Source of the DNA: Breznakibacter sp.
Lineage (GTDB): Bacteria; Bacteroidota; Bacteroidia; Bacteroidales; Marinilabiliaceae
NCBI GenBank assembly: GCA_018054835.1
Contig: JAGPIS010000001.1
Coordinates: forward strand, 1 to 37,010
DNA length: 37,010 nt
Direction: 5' to 3'
The translations under genes were made by a program, and so were the position numbers. This document shows positions 9,343-17,042 of the stretch, in pieces. Positions within the stretch are counted from its first letter, which is position 1; every line of letters begins with the position of its first letter. Below the pieces are notes generated by a model, which saw only the letters and a list, made by a program, of their open reading frames with translations, made no database searches and was not told the DNA's origin.

Positions 9343-11655
9343 ATGAGAAACATCCGGATAAGCTTAAAGGCACAAATATTCATACTGCTATATATTTTCA
9401 CCTATTGCATTTCGGAGGGGCATGCCCAAACCAAACAACCAATGGATGCGACGCAAGGCATCAAACACCAAAAAAACATATTGCTGCTTCACTCATACCA
9501 CAAAGGGTTCCAATGGACCTCCGACATCAACGAGGCCCTCTGCGAAACCCTGAAGGATGAAAAAAAGATCCATAGTTTCTCGGAATATATGGACACTAAA
9601 AAACACGAATCGAAAGCCTATTTCGCGATATTGAAGGAGCTATACAAATACAAATACCCCAAAGGTTACATTGATGCCATCATCTGCTCCGACAACAGCG
9701 CCCTGGACTTCGTTATCGAATATGGCGACGAGATATGGGGCAATATCCCAGTCTCCTTTTGTGGAATCAACAATGCCAACAGCTATCGACAAAAAGTTGA
9801 CACAACCAGAATAAAAGGTGTTGCTGAAAATATAGAAATCACCACAGCTGTGAAAACTGCCTTGAAAATCAACCCACAAATTACCGACATCATTATTGTC
9901 ACAGATTCGACCCTGACCGGAACGATTTTAATGCAAGAAGCACAAAAAGCAGCGGCTGCCTTTAACGTACAGTTTATTTATTTGGATGATGCACAGGATT
10001 TCGTCAAGAGGATTGAAAAAACAGACTTTAGGAACAAAATGGTATTTATACTAAGCCTCTATTCAAAGCAAAACAAATTATCCAACGAGCTCAGCAAGGA
10101 AATTGTGTACGAGCTCAACAGCCACGATGCCCTAATCATGGGATCGTGGGATTTTCTATTGAACGGCTTGTCCATTGGCGGACAAGTAATAAGGGCTAAA
10201 GACCAAGGACAGGAGGCTGCCCTCATAATGGTTGAAATGCTCAACAACCTCAACAACAGGGCATTTTTAACCGAAACAAAATATGTGTGGATGGCCGATG
10301 AAAAAAAATGCTTCGAAAAAAGCATCGTAAAATCCGTCTTCCCGCCAAATACCATATGGGTGAACAGAAAAACAAGTTGGCTAAGCGAAAATGAAGATTT
10401 GTTGTTCAACATCTTTTTGGGCATCAATTTTTTCCTGCTGCTGAGTTTATTGTTCTTCACCATCAAGCGGAAACAAAAAAAGGCAGAGTCGTCGTGGGCC
10501 GAAAGCGAAAAGCGCCTGGAAATAGCCTTAGAAGCAGCTGCCGGAGGACTTTGGGATGTGCTTATCAGCAAGAAACAACTCTTTATTTCCACCCAATTTG
10601 CCCGACTGCTGGGGTACAACTCGGTGGAAGAACTGGATCTATCATTTGAAAACTGGACAAAGTTGATATTTTCCAATGACCTGGAAATCTTCACCGATAA
10701 AATATATCTTCACTATACCAGACAAACACCTAAAATCAATGCTGACTGCCGATTTATCAAATCGACCGGGGAACCGGTATGGTTTGCCATCTATGGCAAA
10801 ATCACAGAATGGAGCAGCGACGGCAAACCCGAAAGAGTGACGGGCATTATCATCAACATCAATCAGCAAAAGGAGTTTGAAGAGCAACTCAAGCAGGCCA
10901 AGGAAAAGGCAGAGATTTCGGATCGGTTGAAATCATCCTTCTTGGCCAACATGTCGCATGAAATACGGACACCCATGAATGCCATCATCGGATTCACCGA
11001 AATTGTAATGACGCAAGAAAACACGCAAGAAGACCAACAACAATTCCTTAATATCATCAAAAACAGTGGCGACACACTACTGAACCTCATCAACGACATT
11101 ATTGATATTTCCAAGATAGAATCGGGCTACATGAATATTAGCATCGAAAAGTTCCAATTGGTTGAAATCGTTGAATCCATTAAAAACATCATTGCTAATC
11201 AAATATCCACCTACGAAAAAGATATCAAGTTTCATATCACCAGCCACCCCGAATTAGCCGATATAACCATTGAATCGGATCCCCTGCGAATCAAGCAGAT
11301 ACTCCTCAACCTGTGCACCAACGCCGTCAAATTCACCGACACCGGGTACATTGAGTTGAATATAATCCATACCGAACACCAGGTCAAATTTTCGGTTAAG
11401 GACACAGGAACCGGTATTCCGCCCAATTTTGTGAACACCATCTTCGACCGCTTCCGCCAGGTGGATGAAAACTCTTTCAGGAAATTCAGCGGGACAGGGC
11501 TTGGGCTCTCCATCACCAAAAGTTTGGTGAACATGCTCAAAGGCGAGATTTCGGTCACCACCCAATTGGGGCATGGCAGCACATTTACGGTAACCATACC
11601 TCTGCCCTCAACCGAAATAAGCAATAAACCGCAGGTGAACGCCCCCGTTTCGTAA
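9343..11655 (+). CDS. Sensor histidine kinase with a large periplasmic substrate-binding-like domain, PAS-like region, HisKA and HATPase_c; no receiver domain
   Basis: N-terminal signal/TM segment. The periplasmic part opens with 'ILLLHSYHKGFQWTSDI', typical of ABC-substrate-binding-like sensor domains. A second TM is 'LLFNIFLGINFFLLLSLLFFTI'. Kinase boxes present: H-box 'SHEIRTPMNAIIGF', N-box 'LLNLCTNAVKFT', G1 'KDTGTGI', G2 'GTGLGLSI'. Confidence 0.85.
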   Translation: MRNIRISLKAQIFILLYIFTYCISEGHAQTKQPMDATQGIKHQKNILLLHSYHKGFQWTSDINEALCETLKDEKKIHSFSEYMDTKKHESKAYFAILKELYKYKYPKGYIDAIICSDNSALDFVIEYGDEIWGNIPVSFCGINNANSYRQKVDTTRIKGVAENIEITTAVKTALKINPQITDIIIVTDSTLTGTILMQEAQKAAAAFNVQFIYLDDAQDFVKRIEKTDFRNKMVFILSLYSKQNKLSNELSKEIVYELNSHDALIMGSWDFLLNGLSIGGQVIRAKDQGQEAALIMVEMLNNLNNRAFLTETKYVWMADEKKCFEKSIVKSVFPPNTIWVNRKTSWLSENEDLLFNIFLGINFFLLLSLLFFTIKRKQKKAESSWAESEKRLEIALEAAAGGLWDVLISKKQLFISTQFARLLGYNSVEELDLSFENWTKLIFSNDLEIFTDKIYLHYTRQTPKINADCRFIKSTGEPVWFAIYGKITEWSSDGKPERVTGIIININQQKEFEEQLKQAKEKAEISDRLKSSFLANMSHEIRTPMNAIIGFTEIVMTQENTQEDQQQFLNIIKNSGDTLLNLINDIIDISKIESGYMNISIEKFQLVEIVESIKNIIANQISTYEKDIKFHITSHPELADITIESDPLRIKQILLNLCTNAVKFTDTGYIELNIIHTEHQVKFSVKDTGTGIPPNFVNTIFDRFRQVDENSFRKFSGTGLGLSITKSLVNMLKGEISVTTQLGHGSTFTVTIPLPSTEISNKPQVNAPVS

Positions 11656-11663
11656 CATTATAC

Positions 11664-11671
11664 TAAATTTG
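11664..11671 (+). promoter_or_regulatory. Bacteroidota-type -7 promoter element (TAAATTTG) for rsmE
   Basis: Exact TAnnTTTG 16 nt upstream of the rsmE ATG, immediately after the kinase stop codon. Confidence 0.4.
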
Positions 11672-11686
11672 CAACAAAAAAGATAT

Positions 11687-12409
11687 ATGGAGTTGCTTTT
11701 CGATGCCAGTTTCATGGGCAGCGGTGTTTTGTGTGAGGACGAAAGCCGTCACGCCATCAGTGTTCTACGCCACAAAGAAAATGACGTATTGAATATCACC
11801 AACGGGAAGGGTGAATTGTTTGAATCGCGTATCATCAGAGCCCATCATAAAAAATGCGAACTGGAGCTCATCCAGACACACCATTGGGACAAACCAACCC
11901 CTTGGTTGCATATGGCTGTGGCACCCACAAAAAATATTGACCGTTTCGAATGGTTTTTGGAGAAAGCCACCGAATTGGGCATTCAAGAAATCACGCCCAT
12001 TATTTGCGACCACTCCGAGAGAGATAAAATACGGTTGGACCGGATGGAAAAAGTGCTGGTTGCAGCCATGAAACAATCGCTCAAGTATTGGTTGCCAATA
12101 CTGAATGAGCCAACCTCCTTGGCTGAATTTATTGCTCGACCATCGACTGGCACGCAAAAGTTCATACTCCACTGCCGCGAAGCAGCGAAAATGCATCTTT
12201 TCAATGCCACCCTCCCGCAACAGGATTCCATTGTACTGATAGGGCCAGAAGGCGATTTTTCGGTTCGAGAGATTGAGATGGCACGGGCAAACCAATACAT
12301 GGAAGCCACTTTAGGTGACAACCGGTTGAGGACAGAGACCGCCGCCTTGGCTGCCTGCCATATTGCCAATCTGAAAAACGATATTGGGAATTATCAACAG
12401 CTAAGATAA
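11687..12409 (+). CDS. rsmE: 16S rRNA (uracil1498-N3)-methyltransferase RsmE
   Basis: 'ESRHAISVLRHK' lies in the N-terminal PUA-like part. The SPOUT C-terminal motif 'LIGPEGDFSVREIE' and 'LRTETAALAA' are present. ATG at 11687 (the ORF track uses the TTG at 11669). Confidence 0.85.
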   Translation: MELLFDASFMGSGVLCEDESRHAISVLRHKENDVLNITNGKGELFESRIIRAHHKKCELELIQTHHWDKPTPWLHMAVAPTKNIDRFEWFLEKATELGIQEITPIICDHSERDKIRLDRMEKVLVAAMKQSLKYWLPILNEPTSLAEFIARPSTGTQKFILHCREAAKMHLFNATLPQQDSIVLIGPEGDFSVREIEMARANQYMEATLGDNRLRTETAALAACHIANLKNDIGNYQQLR

Positions 12410-12798
12410 TCGGCCAGGGTCTTATTCTCCAGATAATCCTTGAAAGCACCGCCAAGCCGATTGGTCAAATCGCCTAAAATACATTTATCAAAAGGGCATT
12501 CTGTTTTATTGCCAGGGCAGTTTTGCACATTGATCTTGCCTTCAATGGCTTCGTAAATATCCAATAATCGAATATCTTGCGGCAACTTTTTCAACACGAA
12601 GCCACCGCTGGGTCCCCGGTTGGATGAAACCAGGTTCTCTTTCGAAAGCCTCTGCATCACTTTTGCCACATGATGTTTGGAACTGCCAATCATCTCGCCA
12701 ATTTGAATAACATTCAGGCGGTGTTCACTTTTGGCAATGAGCACCATGCTATGAAGAGCAATAGAGGCCGCTTCGGATAACGCAACAAAATTCAACAT
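12394..12798 (-). CDS. Rrf2-family transcriptional regulator with a three-Cys putative Fe-S site
   Basis: The winged-HTH region 'IQIGEMIGSSKHHVAKVMQRLSKENLVSSNRGPSGGFVL' is typical of Rrf2. Counting from the ATG at 12798, cysteines fall at about residues 94, 101 and 106 ('CPGNKTECPFDKC'). The longer ORF to 12876 would run through the pfp terminator. Confidence 0.8.
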   Translation of the reverse strand: MLNFVALSEAASIALHSMVLIAKSEHRLNVIQIGEMIGSSKHHVAKVMQRLSKENLVSSNRGPSGGFVLKKLPQDIRLLDIYEAIEGKINVQNCPGNKTECPFDKCILGDLTNRLGGAFKDYLENKTLADYLSC

Positions 12799-12822
12799 AA
12801 AACCACAAACAATTGTTAGATA

Positions 12823-12853
12823 TAAAAAGAACCGAAGATAACTCTTCGGTTCT
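12823..12853 (-). terminator. Rho-independent terminator after pfp
   Basis: AGAACCGAAG (12828-12837) pairs with CTTCGGTTCT (12844-12853). On the minus strand the hairpin is followed by a T5 run. Confidence 0.8.
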
Positions 12854-12876
12854 TGTATAACGAATGATTGCAACAA

Positions 12877-14523
12877 TTAGTTTTGCTCCAACTCTAAAGT
12901 TTTTGTACAACTGTCGCAAACCTCTGATGGGCCAAAATATTGAATGGGCCCTGGATAGATGTAGTTGGTGTTCAAAGCCCACTCCTCGCGGTGGTCGGCC
13001 AACTTGCGGAAAGGTGCTCCATCAAGTTTCACCAGTGCCTTTTGAATAACAGGCTTCAGTTTACCATGACGGCGTTCCATATTCATCATCATGGTGATGG
13101 GCACACCACCGGCAATCCATTGATCGGCCGATTTGGTCAAATTGCGCACAGAAGCCATATAACCGGTTTTTCCGGCGCCAATAAGCAGCGCTGCCACTTT
13201 TCCAAGCGAATAGCAATAATCGGTATCAAAATTGGTTGGGGAAGCGCAACGGCCTTCATAACCAAAGAAGTGAGGCTGGCCACTCATCTTGCCTTCGAAT
13301 TCGCCGCTCTTCTTCATCTTTTTAACCTTTGCCTTAACCATATCGATCAAAAGCTTTTCAGTTTCAATCATGGAAACTTGTACGTTACCATGAGGGTCAC
13401 GATCAAGCATCAACTGGTTGGCAAAATTGTTGGGAAGCGAGCTGAAAACTTCGGCCGAAGCAGGTGACAGCAAGCTGATAACATATTCGCGTTTTTCTTT
13501 GTTGCCTTCGAAGGAGTTGATTTTCTCCTCATGGTGAGCCAACAGGTCGTTCAACTCTTCAATCAGGCGTTTCATGGCAGGGATAAACTCAACCAATCCT
13601 TCTGGAATTAGGATGGTTCCAAAGTTTTCGCCATTGCGTGAACGTTGCACCACAATGTTGGCAATATAGCTAACCACATCATCCAAAGTTTGTTGCTTAG
13701 CTTCCACCTCTTCGGAGATGATGGTGATATTGGGCTGAGTTTGCAAGGCACACTCCAATGCGATATGCGAAGCAGAACGCCCCATCAGTTTGATGAAGTG
13801 CCAGTATTTTTTTGCAGAGGTGGCATCGCGTTGGATGTTGCCGATCAACTCGCTGTAAGTTTTACAAGCGGTGTCAAAACCAAAGGATGTTTCGATCATC
13901 TCGTTTTTCAAGTCACCATCAATGGTTTTTGGCACACCAATCACCTGAAGCCCGCATTGCTTTTGTGCAAAATACTCAGCCAAAACGCAAGCGTTGGTAT
14001 TGGAGTCATCGCCACCAATAATCACTAGGGCTTTAATTCCCAAAGCCTGGCAGTTGGCCAAAGTTTGGTCGAATTGTTCAGTTTCCTCCAGTTTGGTACG
14101 TCCTGAGCCAATGATATCGAAACCACCGGTATTGCGGTATTGATCCACCACATCGGCAGTCAATTCAATATACTGATTATCGACCAACCCGCTTGGGCCT
14201 CCCAAGAAACCATATAATTTGTTTTCAGCATTCAAACCTTTCAATCCATCAAACAAACCAGAGATGACATTATGACCACCTGGTGCTTGACCTCCGGAGA
14301 GAATAACGCCAACATTCATTACTGGCAATTCAACAACATCGGAACTGGATTCAAATGTAATGATGGGCATGCCGTAGGTGTTGGGGAACATCGCCTTAAT
14401 ATCAGCCTGATCGGCAACCGATTCGGTTACTTTTCCTTCAACCAGTTTGGTGGTTCCTTTGATTGACAAAGGAGTCTTTGGAGAATAACTTCCCCGGGCA
14501 ATCTGAAGTGGACTCTTAATCAT
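12877..14523 (-). CDS. pfp: Diphosphate (PPi)-dependent fructose-6-phosphate 1-phosphotransferase
   Basis: PFK-family motifs in their PPi-type variants: 'IIGGDDSNTNA' (GGDD rather than GGDG) and 'GVPKTIDGDL' (PKTID rather than PGTID), plus 'KLMGRSASH'. Length of 548 aa is typical of long PPi-PFKs. Confidence 0.9.
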   Translation of the reverse strand: MIKSPLQIARGSYSPKTPLSIKGTTKLVEGKVTESVADQADIKAMFPNTYGMPIITFESSSDVVELPVMNVGVILSGGQAPGGHNVISGLFDGLKGLNAENKLYGFLGGPSGLVDNQYIELTADVVDQYRNTGGFDIIGSGRTKLEETEQFDQTLANCQALGIKALVIIGGDDSNTNACVLAEYFAQKQCGLQVIGVPKTIDGDLKNEMIETSFGFDTACKTYSELIGNIQRDATSAKKYWHFIKLMGRSASHIALECALQTQPNITIISEEVEAKQQTLDDVVSYIANIVVQRSRNGENFGTILIPEGLVEFIPAMKRLIEELNDLLAHHEEKINSFEGNKEKREYVISLLSPASAEVFSSLPNNFANQLMLDRDPHGNVQVSMIETEKLLIDMVKAKVKKMKKSGEFEGKMSGQPHFFGYEGRCASPTNFDTDYCYSLGKVAALLIGAGKTGYMASVRNLTKSADQWIAGGVPITMMMNMERRHGKLKPVIQKALVKLDGAPFRKLADHREEWALNTNYIYPGPIQYFGPSEVCDSCTKTLELEQN

Positions 14524-14999
14524 CGCTTTTAATATTAACTATTCGGATTATTACTATTTACAATACTTTATCTAACTAGGAGATGCAAATTTGAGATATT
14601 TTTTCAGAAATAAAAAAACATTTCTTATAATTTACAACATTTTAACCCAAAAAGAAAGGAGTTTGGCAATACTAAATTCCCTCCCAAAAATAAAAGGGAA
14701 ACAATTGTCATATCTTCACCACCCAAAATACATAAAATCAAAAACTTAGCACCACCAACAACAAAAATAAATTGATGAATCCCAATTAAATCTGTTTGTT
14801 TGATAATACATTGCAAGAACATTGCCATTTCTTCAACTAAGAAAGTAGATGACAAATTTGCAAATCCTGAAAAAAATGAGCCCCACAGAGGCGTTTAAGA
14901 ATTATTAGCATTTTATATTCGGATAATTCTCATAATTTACCTAATTATGCACAGATCTATTATATAAATAGCCAAGCATTAAAAAACAAGCTAATCTCC

Positions 15000-15998
15000 A
15001 TGATTAAGTTTTCAGTTATCATACCGGTTTACAATCGCCCCGACGAAATTGTTGAATTACTGGATTCGCTAACCATGCAATCCATCAAATCGCATATGGA
15101 AGTCATTGTTGTTGAAGACGGTTCCTCAGCAACTTGCGAACATGAAATCAAACATTTCGCCAGTCAGCTGAATATAAAATACATCTATCAGGAGAACACA
15201 GGACCCGGATTGGCTCGCAACAACGGGGCAGCTCATGCCAGTGGGGAATTCCTTTTGTTTTTTGACTCCGACTGTGTGATTCCTTCCGACTATTTCGACA
15301 AGATCATTAAGCATCTTCAGCAGGAGGACTTGGATTGCTTTGGCGGACCCGACAAGGCACACACCTTCTTCTCCCCCATCCAAAAGGCGATCTCCTACTC
15401 CATGACCTCCATACTCACCACCGGCGGCATCAGGGGCGGGAAACGCAAGCTCGACAAATTCTACCCAAGGAGTTTCAATCTGGGTGTCAAGCGCGAGCTG
15501 TTCAATAAGATTGGTGGATTTTCGGACATGCGTTTTGGCGAGGATCTCGACTTCAGCTTGAAGGCACATAAAAGTGGAATGAAAATCGGATTGGTGTCCA
15601 ACACTTTTGTTTATCACAAAAGAAGAACCAGTTTCAAATCCTTTTTCAAACAGGTGTTCAACTCAGGGGCTGCCAGGATTGAATTGACGCACAGGCATAA
15701 AGGCTCTCTGAAACCCGTCCACCTATTGCCATCGTTGTTTGTGATTTCGATACCAGTGATGATTATTATGGCATTGCTGGTTCACAAAATATTCATTTTA
15801 CCCTTGATCATCCTGCCAGCCATTATATTCGTGGATGCATGGATCAAAATGGAATCTTTCCACGTGGCCATCATCAGCACCTTTGCCAGTTTGGTTCAAA
15901 CGGTGGGTTACGGCACCGGCTTTTTAAGCGCACTGTGGATGAGGGTAGTGAGAAGAAAAGGCCGGTTGGAAGCCTTTAGAAAGAACTTCTACAACTGA
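15000..15998 (+). CDS. Family 2 glycosyltransferase with C-terminal membrane helices
   Basis: 'FSVIIPVYNRPDEIVELLDSL', 'VVEDGSS', 'LLFFDSDC' (DxD-type motif) and 'GEDLDFS'. The C-terminal hydrophobic segments are 'LLPSLFVISIPVMIIMALLV' and 'ILPLIILPAIIFV'. Confidence 0.8.
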   Translation: MIKFSVIIPVYNRPDEIVELLDSLTMQSIKSHMEVIVVEDGSSATCEHEIKHFASQLNIKYIYQENTGPGLARNNGAAHASGEFLLFFDSDCVIPSDYFDKIIKHLQQEDLDCFGGPDKAHTFFSPIQKAISYSMTSILTTGGIRGGKRKLDKFYPRSFNLGVKRELFNKIGGFSDMRFGEDLDFSLKAHKSGMKIGLVSNTFVYHKRRTSFKSFFKQVFNSGAARIELTHRHKGSLKPVHLLPSLFVISIPVMIIMALLVHKIFILPLIILPAIIFVDAWIKMESFHVAIISTFASLVQTVGYGTGFLSALWMRVVRRKGRLEAFRKNFYN

Positions 15999-16014
15999 CC
16001 TTTTCGCAAAATCG

Positions 16015-16212
16015 TCATTCGTGGTATTTCTTAACCCCTCTAATCTCTTCGGAGAGGCCATGAATCTTGTTTTTCAACCGATTCACCAGATCAATGGAGG
16101 GCGAGGTTCTGAATTGCCAAAAACAGCCATCGGGTAACCGATCAAAAACAAATAGCAGTTTTTCGCAATGAGCCACGCGCTCATCCAAATTTAAATTGTA
16201 GATATTATCCAT
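16015..16212 (-). CDS. Small hypothetical protein (65 aa) downstream of the ECF sigma factor
   Basis: Intact ORF on the same strand, 55 nt after the sigma factor stop. It has no TM segment and I recognise no family. Confidence 0.35.
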   Translation of the reverse strand: MDNIYNLNLDERVAHCEKLLFVFDRLPDGCFWQFRTSPSIDLVNRLKNKIHGLSEEIRGVKKYHE

Positions 16213-16267
16213 AGGCGTTCCTGTTTTTATTTAGAAACGCCAAGGAATTTAAAATATTGCAGATAAA

Positions 16268-16858
16268 TCAAAAATTTACCACCAGGTCGCGTTCTTCGGC
16301 CATTTTTCGCAAATTCAATACGGCATAACGCATGCGTCCGAGTGCTGTATTAATACTGACATTGGTTTCTTCAGCTATCTCCTTAAAACTTAGCCCCATA
16401 TAATGGCGCATCTCCAGCACCTCGCGTTGGTTGTCGGGCAAGTGTTTCAGTAATCCACCAATATCCTGCAACAGCTGTTCATAAACCATTTTCGATTCCA
16501 CTGAGCTTTCTGAGAACCGCAAATGATTAAACAAGTCATACTCACAACCATCTTTCGAAATGCAATACATATTTTTTTGACGCCGGAAGTAATCGATAAT
16601 CAAATTGTGGGCAATACGAATCACCCAGGATGAAAACTTGCCATTTTCTTGGTACCTGCCTGCATTCAACGACTGAACCACCTTCAGGAAAGCATCCTGA
16701 AAGATATCTTCGGCCAATTCGTGCTGCTTAACACAAATCAATATATAGGAGAAAACCTTATTCTTATGGCGATCAATCAAAACATCGATGCACTCACACC
16801 TACCCTCAATGTAGAGCTTAACCAGCTCATCATCATTCAGATGCCGAATCTGCTTCAT
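16268..16858 (-). CDS. RNA polymerase sigma-70 family, ECF-type sigma factor
   Basis: Region 2 is 'DIFQDAFLKVVQSL...FSSWVIRIAHNLIIDYFRRQ'. Region 4 HTH is 'LSFKEIAEETNVSINTALGRMRYAVLNLRK'. Size is about 196 aa. Confidence 0.85.
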   Translation of the reverse strand: MKQIRHLNDDELVKLYIEGRCECIDVLIDRHKNKVFSYILICVKQHELAEDIFQDAFLKVVQSLNAGRYQENGKFSSWVIRIAHNLIIDYFRRQKNMYCISKDGCEYDLFNHLRFSESSVESKMVYEQLLQDIGGLLKHLPDNQREVLEMRHYMGLSFKEIAEETNVSINTALGRMRYAVLNLRKMAEERDLVVNF

Positions 16859-17016
16859 AATAACACAAATAAAAACATAAGGGTAGAGCTGATCCGATAG
16901 GCAAAAGAATTATAGGATTATTAAACAATCACGAAGAAACAAAAAAAATCTTAAATACACAACCATCCCAGCAAAAATACGGGAATGAAATAAAGCGGAG
17001 TTTTTGCACATTTAGG

Positions 17017-17024
17017 TATCTTTG
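17017..17024 (+). promoter_or_regulatory. Bacteroidota-type -7 promoter element (TATCTTTG) for uvrA
   Basis: Exact TAnnTTTG 19 nt upstream of the uvrA ATG. A TTTG lies at 17003-17006. Confidence 0.45.
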
Positions 17025-17042
17025 CACTCAGATAACTAGATT

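Noticed and set aside
14625-14855. A 76-aa ORF on the minus strand in the pfp / glycosyltransferase spacer.
   Set aside because: It sits in very AT-rich sequence. The translation is dominated by F, L, I and K. No promoter motif is placed appropriately, and it would be antisense to nothing and associated with nothing. It is most likely spurious.
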